From positions 1,922,001 to 1,986,000 of the forward strand of contig NC_043016.1 in NCBI RefSeq assembly GCF_006345805.1: a stretch of DNA of 64,000 nucleotides. The letters are read 5' to 3'. Below the pieces are notes generated by a model. It did not search any database, was not told the DNA's origin, and saw only the letters and a list, made by a program, of their open reading frames with translations. Both the position numbers and the translations under genes were made by a program. Each line of letters begins with the position of its first letter. Position 1 is the stretch's first letter. Origin of the DNA: Octopus sinensis (lineage: Eukaryota). Below are positions 13,808 to 26,353 of the stretch, in pieces.

Positions 13808-14005
13808 GTATTAGTTAATCCAACATGAAAAACAAAAGAGAAACCCAACACGCGAGGATGTGGAAAATATAGTATTATTGGACCCCGGAAAGAAGGAGGG
13901 TTTAACGTTTCGAGCGGAGCTCTTCGTCGGAAACATAGAGAAGGAAAGATCCAGAGAAGGGAAACAGAGCAAAAAAAAATCTCAAACGGTACAACACGCG
14001 GTTAA
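13808..14005 (-). mobile_element. Small hammerhead-bearing repeat (solo pLTR/retrozyme-like)
   Basis: Homologous to 22161-22382; minus-strand motif at 13900-13934: gttt CCGACGA a GAGC tcc GCTC GAAACGTT aaac. Confidence 0.65.
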
Positions 14006-14013
14006 TATGTATG

Positions 14014-14049
<36 letters not shown>

Positions 14050-14856
14050 ATATTACTCTATCTATATCAATCACAGAACAAGGTAAACCGTAGCATGCAT
14101 GTGCGTACCTGTATGCATATATATAAGTACATGTATTCATACATATGTGTGTATATGTATGTATGTATGTGTGTGTGTGTGTGTGTGTAAGCAACATTTA
14201 CGTACGTAAATAATACAAACACGCATACACGCACAGGCACTCACTGATAAGCACACAGCCCAGACGTATATGTATGTGTATGTGTATGAGCATGTATGTG
14301 TGCATATGTACCTTGGTGCGTTCTTTCTGCAGCCCCCTTCGCCACGGAATAAGTAAATAAACAATCTTCGACCCCTTCTCTCAGATCTTACCCTACACAC
14401 TAATCTATTTATACAACATTCACAAGGCCTCTTCCAAACGATTAAAAAGATGAACCCATTAAACTTTCGTCGGTGATCTTAGGTGTTGGATGGGTGGGAT
14501 ACGGGGCGGGTGGTTGCAGAAGGGTGTAATACAGATATATGTTGAAGGGGCCAGCTAGGCACGTAGAAAGCATTTGCTCGTTGATTTTCGTAAATAATAT
14601 ATCAATACTTCAAACATAACACATAGAGATGCTATATCAAACGGGTATACCCATTTACACACTAATTACACATAAATTAACATAGATTATGTATATAGGT
14701 TTTCGTGTATTTATTCATTTTCTTTTTGTTGTTTTACTCATTGCGTTGCGGTCAAGCTGGAGCAGTGCCTACAAGAATGTTTAGTCGAAAGAATCGGCCC
14801 AAGTAGTATTGAATTTTAAACTTTGTATCTATTCAATCGGGCTTTTTTGCTGAACC

Positions 14857-15013
14857 CACTAGCGTAGCTAGGTGGGTTGGTCCTCCTCGATGGAACTTTT
14901 TTAAGGGCGGCACCACTCCTGTGTCTGCTGTAGGCAATATGTACTTTTTGTGGGGTCTCAGGATCGGAAAACTGAAGGGGCGAACCGGGCGGTACACACT
15001 ACCTGTGCCAGTG
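14857..15013. mobile_element. hAT-type MITE inserted in a minus-strand SINE A
   Basis: Imperfect TIRs CACTAGCGTAGCTAG / CACTGGCACAGGTAG; degenerate 8-bp TSD gctgaacc/accgaacc derived from the SINE's gccgaacc. Confidence 0.55.
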
Positions 15014-15127
15014 ACCGAACCACTACTTTCCAAAGATACTGGTTGTCAAGCGGGGGGCACAAACTCAACACAAATACAAACATAGATACACACAACGGTT
15101 GCTTTTCAATTTCCGTCCATCACATGT

Positions 15128-15346
15128 ATAAGGGAGTAGTGAAAAGTTCCTGGCTTTAAGGGTATCGCGAAATGTTTGGTTGGAGGCTCAAACTTCCGGA
15201 GTTCTTTTACAGGGCTAAGAAAAATATGAAGGACCGCTGCAATAAGTGTATGAAACCGAAAGGGGAATAAGTTGGATAAAACCACAATTTATTGATCCTC
15301 TTGTATTTCCTTTTACCCAAAGCCAGAATTTTTCAGGAATCCATGG
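15128..15346 (+). mobile_element. Mariner-derived MITE (~220 bp), copy 1
   Basis: TA-flanked; TIR-like gaaaagttcctggcttt / aaagccagaatttttc; homologous to the copies at 16182 and 16411. Confidence 0.7.
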
Positions 15347-16181
15347 TATGTATGTATGTATGTATGTATGGGGGGGGGGGTGTATGTATGTATGTATGTA
15401 TGTATGTATGTGTATGTATGTATGTATGTATGGTATGTAATGTATGTATGTAGTATGTATTTATGTTGTGTATATGTATGTATGTATGTATTATGTATGT
15501 ATGTATGTAGTATGTATGTATGTATGTATGTATGTATGTATGTATTATGCATGTATGCATGTATGTATGTATGTATGTATGTATGTATGCTGTATGCATG
15601 TATGTATGTATGTAGGTATTTATGTATGTATGATGTATTGATATGTATGTATGTATGCATGTTTGTATGTATGTAGTATGTATGCATGTATGTATGCATG
15701 TATGTTTGTATGTAGTTTTGTATGCATTATGCATGTATTTATATATATGTATGTATGTATGCATGTATGTATGCATGTATGTATGTATGCATGTGTGTAT
15801 GTATGTATGCATGTTTGTATGTATGTATGTATGCATGCATGTATGTATGCATGTATGTATGTATGCATGTATGCATATATGTATGTATGCATGTATGTAT
15901 GCATGCATGCATGTATGTATGTATGTATGTATGTATGCATGTATGTATGTATGTATGTGTGTATGTATGCATGTATGTATGTATGTATGAATGTATGTAT
16001 GTATGTTTGTATGTATGCATTTATGTATGTATATATGCATGTATGTATGTATGTATGTATGCATATATGTATGTAAGTATGCATGTATGTATGTATGTAT
16101 GTATGTACACATGCATGCATGTATGTATATATGCATGTATATATGTATGCATGTATGTATGTATGTATGCATGCATGTATT
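15347..16181. repeat. (TATG/CATG)n array
   Basis: Visible tetranucleotide array. Confidence 0.95.
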
Positions 16182-16635
16182 TACGAGGATGTTTTGAAAA
16201 GTACCTGGTTTTTAGGTTATCGCGAAATGTCCGATTGAAGGTCCAATTTTCCAAATTTCTTTTACAGAGCTTACAAAAACTGAAGGACTGCTGCTGTAAG
16301 TGTGTGAATCTGAGAGGAGAATATGTTGAATAAAATCATAATTAACTGATCCTCCTGTTGTTGCTTTTGCCTAAATCCACAAGTATTCAGGAACTCCTCG
16401 TATGTATGTTTACGGAAGTGCTGAAAAGTTACTGTCTTTGTGAGTATTGGGAAAGGCCTGGTCAGGGGCCCAACCCTCCTCCAAGTTCTGTTACAGGACT
16501 TAGAAAAACTGAAGAACCGCTGCAATAAGCGTGTGAATCTGAGGTGGGGAATATGTTGCGTAAAATCATAATTAACTGATCCTCCTGTTGTTTCTTTTAC
16601 TCATAGCCAGGAACTTTTCAGCACCCATTCGCGTA
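16182..16635 (+). mobile_element. Two adjacent mariner-derived MITEs
   Basis: tacgagg...cctcgta ends; retain a transposase C-terminus QKLKDCCCKCVNLRGEYVE*. A partial minus-strand copy lies near 56115-56250. Confidence 0.75.
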
Positions 16636-16890
16636 TATGTAATTACGTGTGTGTGTGTGTGTGTGTTATTAACTAATCTAAGATAAACGGAAGTAAGCTT
16701 GTTTTTGTGAGGAACCTCGCAGTGAATGAGCTATAAATTTTGATGAATGTAAATATCATAGAGAGAAGAAGGTAGGGTTAGGAATCATGTGATCAGTGAG
16801 ACGCGACACATCACCGCGACCTCCTTTGTTTGACTGTGTACGAAGAGGAAGCATGATGCATTCATACCTGTTCAAAGTACGACAGCTTAA

Positions 16891-16963
<73 letters not shown>

Positions 16964-16964
<1 letters not shown>

Positions 16965-19467
16965 GTGCTCGTGGCTAGACACTATGACGGTGACGTCATC
17001 CGCGTATGCAGACACGCTCGTCCCGCATCCCAGTTCTCGCGGGATGCCCCTCAAAGTTGCCAGCTTCCGCAATAATGGCTCGAGAGTCAATACGAGTGGC
17101 GTTCAATAAGTAATGCCCCTGACCCACTTCCCATTGCAGTAGATCAACGACACATTGCACAGTTATTAGTCTTTTTCTACATAGGAACCAGCCAGAGTTA
17201 CGCATTTCTCCCATCGTTTGATGCAGCTCTGGAGACGGTTTTGTAGAAGACCCCAGCTTGGTCCTCCAACCACGACTTGACTTCAGAAATCAAGGCTGCA
17301 TCATCTGGGAAACGCTTTCCTTTCAAAAATAACTTCATGGCTGGGAAGAGGTGAAAATCAGAGGGTGCAAGGTCAGGAGAGTAGGGGATGGGGTAGAGTC
17401 ATAGCCGCACGCCTGTGCTTCTGATCTGGCGACAGCGAGTGTGTGACCGGAGCGTTGTCCTGCAGGAGGAGGATGCCTTTGCTGATCTTGCCCCGCCTCT
17501 TGATTTTGATAGCTTCTCTAATTTCCTCAAAAGTGAAGCATAATAGGCTCCTGTAATTGTGGTACCCTTGTCAGGAAATCTGTCATCACTACTCCGTCCT
17601 CGTCCCAGAAGACTGTGAGCATGACCTTGCCAGCGGAGGGCTGCACCCTTGCCTTCTGTGGAGGAAGTGAGTCACGGTGCTTCCACTGCATTGACTGGGC
17701 TTTGGTCTCTGGATCATGGTGATGGACCCAGGTTTCATCCTGTGTAATCAGTCTTTTGAAAAATTTTGACTCATCTTCTTGGCACATCTCCAAATTCATC
17801 CTCGAGCACTCGACGCGTTCTAGCTTCTGGAAAGGTGTGAGCAACCTGGGAATCCATCTGGCAGACACCTTTTGCATATGCAAATGGTCATGAATGATAG
17901 TTTCCACAGACCCGGTACTAATCTTGACCTCATAGGCTATTTGGCGAATAGTTATGCGTCTATCTTCCAAAATGGCAGCCTCAACCTGACATACAGATGC
18001 CTCATCAATGGCAGAAGTGGGGCGACCAGATCTGGGAGCTGTTTCCACAGAGTTCCGACCATGTTTGAATTCACGATGCCAGCGTTTTACAAGGTCATAT
18101 GATGGGGCATCATCACCATAAGTTACTTTCATTTCATCAAAAGTCTCCCGTGGTGTGCGTCCTTTCAAATACAAAAACCGGATCACTGCTCGACACTCAA
18201 CTGGCTCCATTTCACACTTGACTCAGTTCAAACACCTGTAATTCAGAAACCACAATTAGTTCAGAGCTGTAATTTGTCACTTAATCTATTTTGCACATGC
18301 AAAATTTCAGCTAGATCAAACAACTGCAAGTGGGTCAGGGGCATTACTTATTGAACGCCCCTCGTACCTATCTAAGCGGCGAGAGGTGGCATCCCTGACG
18401 AACCGAACGTGCGATGTCGAAAGGTCTCGATAGATGTCCATTTACGCGAATTACCCAACGGATGCCTCTTTACAAAGCGGCTATCCAGCCGCGGAAGACG
18501 GGACCGTAGCCAGCCGCTCTGAGGTCTGCCTCCAAGTATCGATGGTCCACCCTATCGAAATCTTCCTATTGATCCAAATTGATCAGCGCCCCAACCATGC
18601 CAGGTTCGTTAACTACTCTGTCTATGATGTAGCGCATCATGTAGAGGTTGTCATGGATGGTGCGGCCCGGCACGGCGCACGTTTGCGCCTTGTCGACCAG
18701 TTTCTCGATGACAAGTGCCAACCTCTTGGCTAGCACCTTGGTCAAAATTTTCAAGTCTGCATTAAGCAGAGTGATGGGCCTAAAGTTATCTATTACATTT
18801 CCCTTGTTTAGATCTTTCTTCAGCAGTGTTACGGCTCCTCGGCTCACAAAACCAGGAATGCTCCCATTTTGCTGCCAGTTGCAGTACACCGCTGTCAAGA
18901 CGTCTCCAAACAATTCTGGCATACAACTGTAAAGCTCGTAGGGTAGACCATCCAAACCCGGCGATTTGTCCCTCGAGCATTCTGCCATCGCGTCCTGCAC
19001 TTCCGCCGCCGTGATGGCACCTTCGCAGCACCCTGCCTCTCTTGTCGTGAGTCGTGGTAGGCCGTGTAGGTAGGCACTGAAGTCCACCCTACGTTCTTGC
19101 CCGCCACTCGTCCCGAACAGTCGGGCAAAATGCTGTTGAAAGGCCTCACACATTTTACTTGGCTCGATCAATTCGCGCCCCTGTTCATCTACCAGAGACC
19201 GAATGTTAGCTTTGTTGCCCAGTTGCGCCTCTGCCCACCGGGCTCTCTCGCGGCTCCAACACCTTCGTTCCTTAGAGCTCGCATCCAGCTCTGACAGCAC
19301 ACCCTTCGTGTTTGGCGTTGAAGTGTTGGTCGAGGGCCACCTCGCCGCCAAAACTCGGATGCGATGCCGCTTCTAATTGCCTCTTCTAGCTTCTAACTTA
19401 ACTAGCTCATCCTCCCTCTATTTCTATCTATGGCTATTGCTTTTGCTGTACCTAATCGCTTCTGCTT
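16964..19467 (-). mobile_element. Tx1/L1-like LINE ORF2 (RT) fragment interrupted by a mariner
   Basis: KSPGLDGLPYELY, NFRPITLLNADLKIL, GALINLDQ, RQGCHLSPL, AYADDVTV; (GATA)n on both flanks. Confidence 0.92.
17093..18364 (-). mobile_element. Full-length mariner (DD34D) transposon, frameshifted transposase (ORF 18210-17527 plus remainder)
   Basis: About 37-bp TIRs cgag(g/t)ggcgttcaataagtaatgcccctgacccactt; TA TSD at 17091-92 and 18365-66; WIPRLL, TQDETW, QDNA, YSPDLAPSDF. Confidence 0.97.
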
Positions 19468-19543
19468 TATAGATAGCTATCTGATAGATAGATAGAGATA
19501 GATAGATAGATATATAGAATGATAGATAGATAGATAGTAGATG

Positions 19544-19578
<35 letters not shown>

Positions 19579-19599
19579 TGATTGATAGACAGATAGATG

Positions 19600-19654
<55 letters not shown>

Positions 19655-19727
19655 GGATGGATGGATGGATGGATGGATAGATGGATGGATGGATGGATAG
19701 ATAGATTGATTGATAGACAGATAGATG

Positions 19728-19806
<79 letters not shown>

Positions 19807-19862
19807 TGATTGATAGACAGATAGATGGATAGATAGATAGTCAGACAGACAGATAGACAGAT
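19468..19862. repeat. (GATA/GATG)n array
   Basis: Visible tetranucleotide array. Confidence 0.95.
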
Positions 19863-20277
19863 GGGTAGTGGGTAAGAGTGAGAGAAGGGGTATTCACCTT
19901 CCAATTCACGATTTGTTTATTTATTCCTTTTACCATTGTATTGGAATAAGTTTAAGGATGGTGCCCTCTTCAAAAAATAAATAAATAAATAAATAGATAA
20001 ATAAAAATAAAAAACAGGTTTAGTTTGGTCATCACAGGAAGTCTTTTTGCTTTCTTTCTATCCCTCTTATTTTTTCTTCCCTTTTTTCTTTTCTTTTTTC
20101 ATTTTTCTTTCTCCCCCCACCTTTCTTTTTCTTCTCTGAGTTATATTTAGAATATATCCCTTCCAGACATTCACTTTTGGAGGGATCTTTGATAAGGGTA
20201 GTTCTGCATGATGAAAATACATTAGTATCATATTTGCAAATTACAAGCAATCAATAAATAAAACAAAAGAATATTAT

Positions 20278-20312
<35 letters not shown>

Positions 20313-20373
20313 ATGTATGTATACAACACAAGCATACAAATATATACGTAAATCAAGAACATCCCAATGCTAC

Positions 20374-20408
<35 letters not shown>

Positions 20409-20903
20409 AACATTTGTAGAGATGACACCACATTTGGAATAAAGAATTTCAAATTCTCAAATTCTCTCCTCACTTTAACCTTCAATTTTAGGGAGGATTC
20501 TTTGATGAATCGTGTGTGTATGCTGGCGCGCGCGCGTGTACATGTTTCTGTGTGTGTGTGAGAGAGAGAGAGAGTGTGTGTGTGTGTGTGCGTGGTTTGG
20601 AATATGTCCATGTTTATACTGTGTAACTTCGATCATGCATCTTTCAATCCCATGATTTTGCGCTAGAGAACGTTAGTATTACAAAACTTACTGTCTCTGC
20701 CTTTCTTTCAAAACATTCAACTTTGGAGAGAATTTTTTGAATTAATTTTCGGTATTGCTGATCGTCCCGTGCACATTGTAAAAGGGGAAAATTTTGAATT
20801 TTCCGTTGCTGTGTATTTCCAGATGTAATATCCTCACTACATTATATTTTACTTGTTTCACTCATTGGACTGCGCTCATTCTGGAGCACCACATTATACT
20901 TGC

Positions 20904-20958
20904 GTAATTCTTCTTGCCGACATTAGAGTAACAGAACAAAACAAAACCGCGGCAATAA
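20904..20958 (-). other. Weak candidate internal exon with hydrophobic, signal-peptide-like translation IAAVLFCSVTLMSARRI
   Basis: Acceptor ccttcctgaatgttttgtcttcAG; donor is either non-canonical gcaagt or gtataa 4 nt further. Confidence 0.2.
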
Positions 20959-21182
20959 CTGAAGACAAAACATTCAGGAAGGTAAAAGGAGGGTGCATAC
21001 ACATACAATTAGACTCACAAACACGAATATAAACACACGAGCCTTTGAGAATTATCATCTAACAGAGAGAACGTGCACGGAATAGATACACACATGCACG
21101 CATGCATCGAGAGATTCAGAGGACGCATAACTCTAAACACATCACATTTTATTTCGAGTAAACGCTCTTACAAAACCGGGAA

Positions 21183-21559
21183 GCACTCCGTCGATTACGA
21201 CGACGAGGGTTTCCGGTTGATCCGATAAACGGAACAGCCTGCTCGTGAATTAACCCTGTAGGTGGCTGAGGACTCCACAGACACGTTGTACCCTTAACGT
21301 AGTTCTCGGGATATTCAGTGACACAGAGAGTGACAAGGCTGGTCATTTGAATTACATGCACAACGAAAGAAACAGGAAGTAAGAGTGAGAGAAAGTGTGG
21401 TGGAAAGAGTACAGCAGGGATCACCACCATCCCCTGCCGGAGCCTCGTGGAGCTTAGGTGTTTTCGCTCAAAAACACTCACAACGCCCGGTCTGGGAATC
21501 GAAACCGCGATCCTACGACGCGAGTCCGCTGCCCTAACCACTGGGCCATTGCGCCTCCT
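21183..21559 (-). mobile_element. tRNA-derived SINE family C
   Basis: Head ggaggcgcaatggcccagtggttaggg (A box) and ggtttcgattccc (B box); 3' part shared with 32650-32950. Confidence 0.85.
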
Positions 21560-22160
21560 ACAAAACCGAACACACTATTCAACAAAAACGCAAGCACAAT
21601 TAATGCAGTTCTATGAATGAAGAGCAAGCTGAATACGTTTAGCAATCGAGAGAATAGAGTATCGGGCATTTGTTTCCTGCTGAAATGAACGTCATATTTT
21701 ATAATAATTCTACAGAGTATGAATCATTTTAAATATCTAATCATCGTGTTGAATATTTAATAAACTTCAAATTTACTTTTACTTCTGTGGTTTGTTTCAT
21801 TTTTATTTTTGGAGGCATTGATAAGCAATATATTTTATTAAACAAAATCCGGATTCGCCTCGTTTTATCATCTTTTTACTCTTCTCTGTTTGTCCAAGAC
21901 ATTCTTCAAGTATACAACAAAAGAAAAACTAATGTCCGAAACGTTATAACTTTTAATCCACGACTTCCGTTCTTCGTCGAGTGTAAGACTAACAATTTTT
22001 GTTGAATTTTTTTTGTAATTATACATGTATTTGTTATGTATATATATATATTATATATATATACAAGAAAAAGCAACTAAAATGGATCAATATTTCTTAA
22101 TTGCTTTTACTGTATATATATATATATATATAATATATATTATATATATTATATACATTC

Positions 22161-22382
22161 ATATGTTACCGTGCATGTGTATCGTCGGCGATTTTCTTTC
22201 TCTCCGTCTCCCCTTCCATGGACCTTTCCTTTTTTCTATGTTCTTGACGTAGAACTCCGCTCGAAACGTTAAATTCCCGTCGTCTTTCTTTCTTCTTTCC
22301 TGAGCATCCAATCACACTATACTTGTTCGACGTCCTCGCGTTGTTGTGTTTTGTCTTTGTATTTTCATGTTTGGATTAACTT
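22161..22382 (+). mobile_element. Small hammerhead-bearing repeat, degenerate copy
   Basis: Homologous to 13808-14005; motif ttgacgtagaactccgctcgaaacgttaaa at 22240-22274. Confidence 0.6.
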
Positions 22383-22406
22383 TTTATACATACATACATA
22401 CATACA

Positions 22407-22440
<34 letters not shown>

Positions 22441-22525
22441 CATAAATACATACATACATTATATATATATATATATATATATATATCTATATAATATATA
22501 TATATATAATATCTATATAAAATAC

Positions 22526-22594
<69 letters not shown>

Positions 22595-22834
22595 CTGTGC
22601 TTTCCAAGTGGAGGCGAACACATTTCTCCATGGGATGGGCTTGAAAAATTAAGACACTAAGATATTTTCCTAATTTTCTTAACATGAAACTAAAGGTAGC
22701 CTTAATCACAAATACAGAATTATATCCACCAATGCGGTGTTAAACACTTATTTTTATCTTTCGACATTTACGTGTGTGATTACATATATATGTATAAACA
22801 GATGATAGATAGAGACACAGAGAGAGACAGAGAT

Positions 22835-22915
<81 letters not shown>

Positions 22916-22942
22916 CAGATAGATAGATAGATAGATAGATAT

Positions 22943-22983
<41 letters not shown>

Positions 22984-23019
22984 CAGATAGATAGATAGAT
23001 AGATAGAAAGATGGATAGG

Positions 23020-23060
<41 letters not shown>

Positions 23061-23587
23061 TATAGATAGATAGATAGATAGATAACTGGATAGATAAACA
23101 GATACATACGTACATAAATACAAACGTACATAGATATTTGCATACATACATTCGCACAAGCTGGCACGCACGCACACACTTACACATACGCGCGCGCGCA
23201 GAAACTATCTGGTTTGAACTCTGTAACAAATGATCAAAACAATGTTTGAAATAGCAGACCGAACTACCATGATTGTCTTTAATATATCTTTCATATCTTC
23301 GATATGGATGTATGTGCATGTATGTATGTATGTATGTATGTATGTATGTATGTATGTATGTATGTATGTATGTGTGTATGTATGTGTGTCTGTATGTGTG
23401 TCTGTATGTATGTATGTATGTATGTATGTGCGTGAATGTATGTATGTATGTATGTATGTATGTATGTATGTATGTATGTATGTATGTATGTATGTGCGTG
23501 TATGTATGTATATATGTATGAATGTATGTGCGTGTATGTATGTATGCATGTATGTATGTATGTATCTATGTATGTATGTATGTATGT

Positions 23588-24548
23588 ATAGAATTAGGAA
23601 AGCAAGTGTTGCTTTCGGAAGGTTAGAAAAGCACCTCTGGAGTCGGCGAGACAAAGATAAAGGTGTACAAGGCATGTGTGCTCCCTTCTCAAATCTATGC
23701 CTGCGAGACGTGGGTCACGTATCGATACCACCTTAAACAACTGGAACGATTCCATCAGGTGTGCCTCAGACGGATCTATGGCATTAAGTGGAAGGACCGC
23801 ATCAGTGATCTTGAAATATTGGAAGGATCTCGGTGTGAAAGTATAGAAGCTCTTGTGTTAAAGCAAAGGCTCAAATGCAGTGGTCATCTGGTCAGAATGA
23901 AGGATTCAAGGATGCCAAAAAACTCTTTTATGGAAAGTTAGCTAAAGGAGAACGACCTCTACATAAACCAATAAAGAGGTATAAGGACTTTCTGAAGGCT
24001 TCCTTAAGACATGCTTGCATCTCTCCTGACACATGGGAGGGCATAGCTATTGATCGTAGCAGGTGGAGATGGATTGTGCATGAGGGGACAGCCACTTTTG
24101 AGAAATCTCGAGTAGCACATGAGAAAGTAAGGAAGATGTCAGGAAGGGCATCACTGTTATACTTCCAGAAGGGAAGGATCTTCCTATGATGCTGACATGC
24201 AGTGTCTGTGCAAGACTCTGCCTCAGTAAAGCTGGACTCAAGAGTCATCTTCGTAGTCATATAACGAGACAAATGAGTGACAACCTGGCCACTAGTGGTG
24301 GTGTAACACACCATACTAATCATATCTGTCAGGCATGTGGAAGAGAGTATAATTCGGCAGGAGGACTTAAACGACATGCAAAGGTACATGAAGCCCAGTT
24401 ACAACTACAGCCAGCTCTTACCAGTAAAGGTTTTAGCTGCCAATTCTGTACAAGACATTGTAGATCTTTCGATCACAGCACCAGTAACAGTTAAGCTTCG
24501 TGCAATGGCCATACTCGATAACGAGGGGGCAGCCATAATAATAATAAC
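23588..24548 (+). mobile_element. RTE-clade LINE 3' fragment with three C-terminal C2H2 zinc fingers
   Basis: RIRKASVAFGRL, YACETW, LERFHQVCLRRIYGIKWKD, GHLVRMKDSRMPK, then CSVC..HLRSH, CQAC..HAKVH and CQFC..; (TAA) tail. Confidence 0.92.
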
Positions 24549-25214
24549 AATGTGCGTGTATGTATATATGTATGCATGTGTGTATGTATGTATCCGGCAA
24601 TCGTCAGACAACCGAATTTATGAGCATGTGCGAGAGTGCTTGTGTGATGCCCATATGTGTGTTAGAGTACGCATGTATGTTGGTGCGGTGAGAAAGAAAG
24701 AGGGAAAAGAAGATAGAAAGGAAGAGAGAGAGAGAGCGAGAGAGAGGCAAGGCAAGTGGACAGACAAGCAGACAGACAGAATGCGAAACGGTAAAAGAGA
24801 GAGAGAGAGAGAAGGGGGGGAGAGAGAGATTGGCTGAATGATCTGAAGTGTTTTTGAGTAAACTGACTGTAACGCAAAAGGCCAAAGTTCAGGTCGAGAT
24901 TTAGAGAGATAGTGACAAAGAGAGAAAGAGGGGGAGAGAGAGAGACTGGTGGAGGAGAAGACGAAGGAGGAGAAGGGGGAGGTGGCGGAGAAGAAAGTGT
25001 GTAGGTAGCAGAGTGGTGGTGGCGGTAAAGAAAATGATTTACGGGGAAATGGCAGATAGGCAATACACAAGTGTTGCGTAAGAAAGACGTCCTAACACAA
25101 ATAGACATTTTAATAAGGGTAGTGAACATACAGGTGGTTGGTAATTTTAGCTTTTGAGAAACGGGTATACAATACGTACAACTGATGGCTGGTTTATATA
25201 GTACGTTGCGGTGG

Positions 25215-25312
25215 TGAAGCGGCGGCGGCGGCAGTGGCAGTGACGGTGGAGGCGTTGGAGGTAGTGGAGGCGGTGGAGGTGGCGGAGGCGGTGGAGGCGG
25301 CGACGGTGGTAA
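25215..25312. repeat. GC-rich (GGC/GGT/GGA)n repeat
   Basis: Visible repeat. Confidence 0.8.
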
Positions 25313-25527
25313 TGGCTTCGCTGTCTGATAACATTACTGGTTTCCCACGTGGTGGTAGCATTGGGGATTGTGAAATATTATGATGGCGACGATGTTAGCA
25401 ATAGCGATTGTGGTCGTGGTCGTGGTCAATCCTAAGTCCAGTTAGTCTTGTCATAAGAGCCAACAAACTCCATTGAACAAAAGACTTTCAGCCACGACCA
25501 TTTCCTCGGAATACATTTATCTATTAT

Positions 25528-25672
25528 AGGCACAGAAGTGGCTGTGTGGTAAGTATCTTGCTTGCCAATCACATGGTTCCGGGTTCACTCCCACTGTAAC
25601 TTACCTTGGGCAAGTGTCTTCTACTTATAGTTTCGGGTCGACCAAAGCCTTGTGAGTGGAGTTGGTAGTCGT
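25528..25672 (+). mobile_element. SINE A 5' half (matching 3' half at 31498-31678)
   Basis: Head runs up to the internal TA tract; the body resumes at 31498. Confidence 0.8.
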
Positions 25673-25724
25673 ATATATAACAAATAAGAAACAGAAGACG
25701 GAATATACATGAATAATATTATTA

Positions 25725-25828
25725 ATCACAACAATTGTTTCGACACATCTAGCATTGACTCCTCTTGTGGGACACACAAAAACTGGTTCAGGAGTATCCG
25801 GTGGTGCAGACGTGTCTCGTCGTGTGAT
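25725..25828 (-). ncRNA. Degenerate type I hammerhead with extended helix II
   Basis: atcac ACGACGA GACACGTCTG...CTAGATGTGTC GAAAC AATT GTT gtgat; the core is mutated. A related partial copy lies near 55510-55590. Confidence 0.5.
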
Positions 25829-26318
25829 AAAGAAATTTTAAAAACTCGTTAAAATGACTATTCCATAATGCAACTCTTCGTTTTGTAGAGAGAAAAACAG
25901 CCAGACGGAGGAAAATTCTTCATATATATAGAAGATCCAAAAATAAAAGTGCAGAAGACAAAAGAGAGAAACGGACACTTAATCCAGCGAGGAAAGTATT
26001 GAAAATAACCGTTAACCGATATGGTTGTATAAACGCCCTCGGGTAAGCAGCATGGCACGAGTACACACGCTCATACATGTATTGGCAAAAAGTATTAGCG
26101 AGTTACGCGCACTCATGATTACAAAGCGAGGTATTTAGAAAAAACGGGGAGGCTTAAAATAAATTTAAGTCATAGATAACTTAAAATAAAATAAAATTAC
26201 ACTAAGCTAACGGTTGCTCAAATTCATTCACAAAAGATAATGGAAATATATATAATAATATATATATAAAATTAAAAAAGGAAAATACGCACACTTACGT
26301 ATTTTAATATAATTTTTA

Positions 26319-26353
26319 TAATCGACCGGTTTCGCTTTCGCTATTCATGATAT
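26319..26353 (-). ncRNA. Minimal hammerhead, A3-U8 variant (inverted arm)
   Basis: atatc ATGAATA GC gaaa GC GAAAC CG GTC gat. Confidence 0.65.

Noticed and set aside
21490-21559. tRNA gene
   Set aside because: The A/B-box head continues into a SINE body; no complete cloverleaf.
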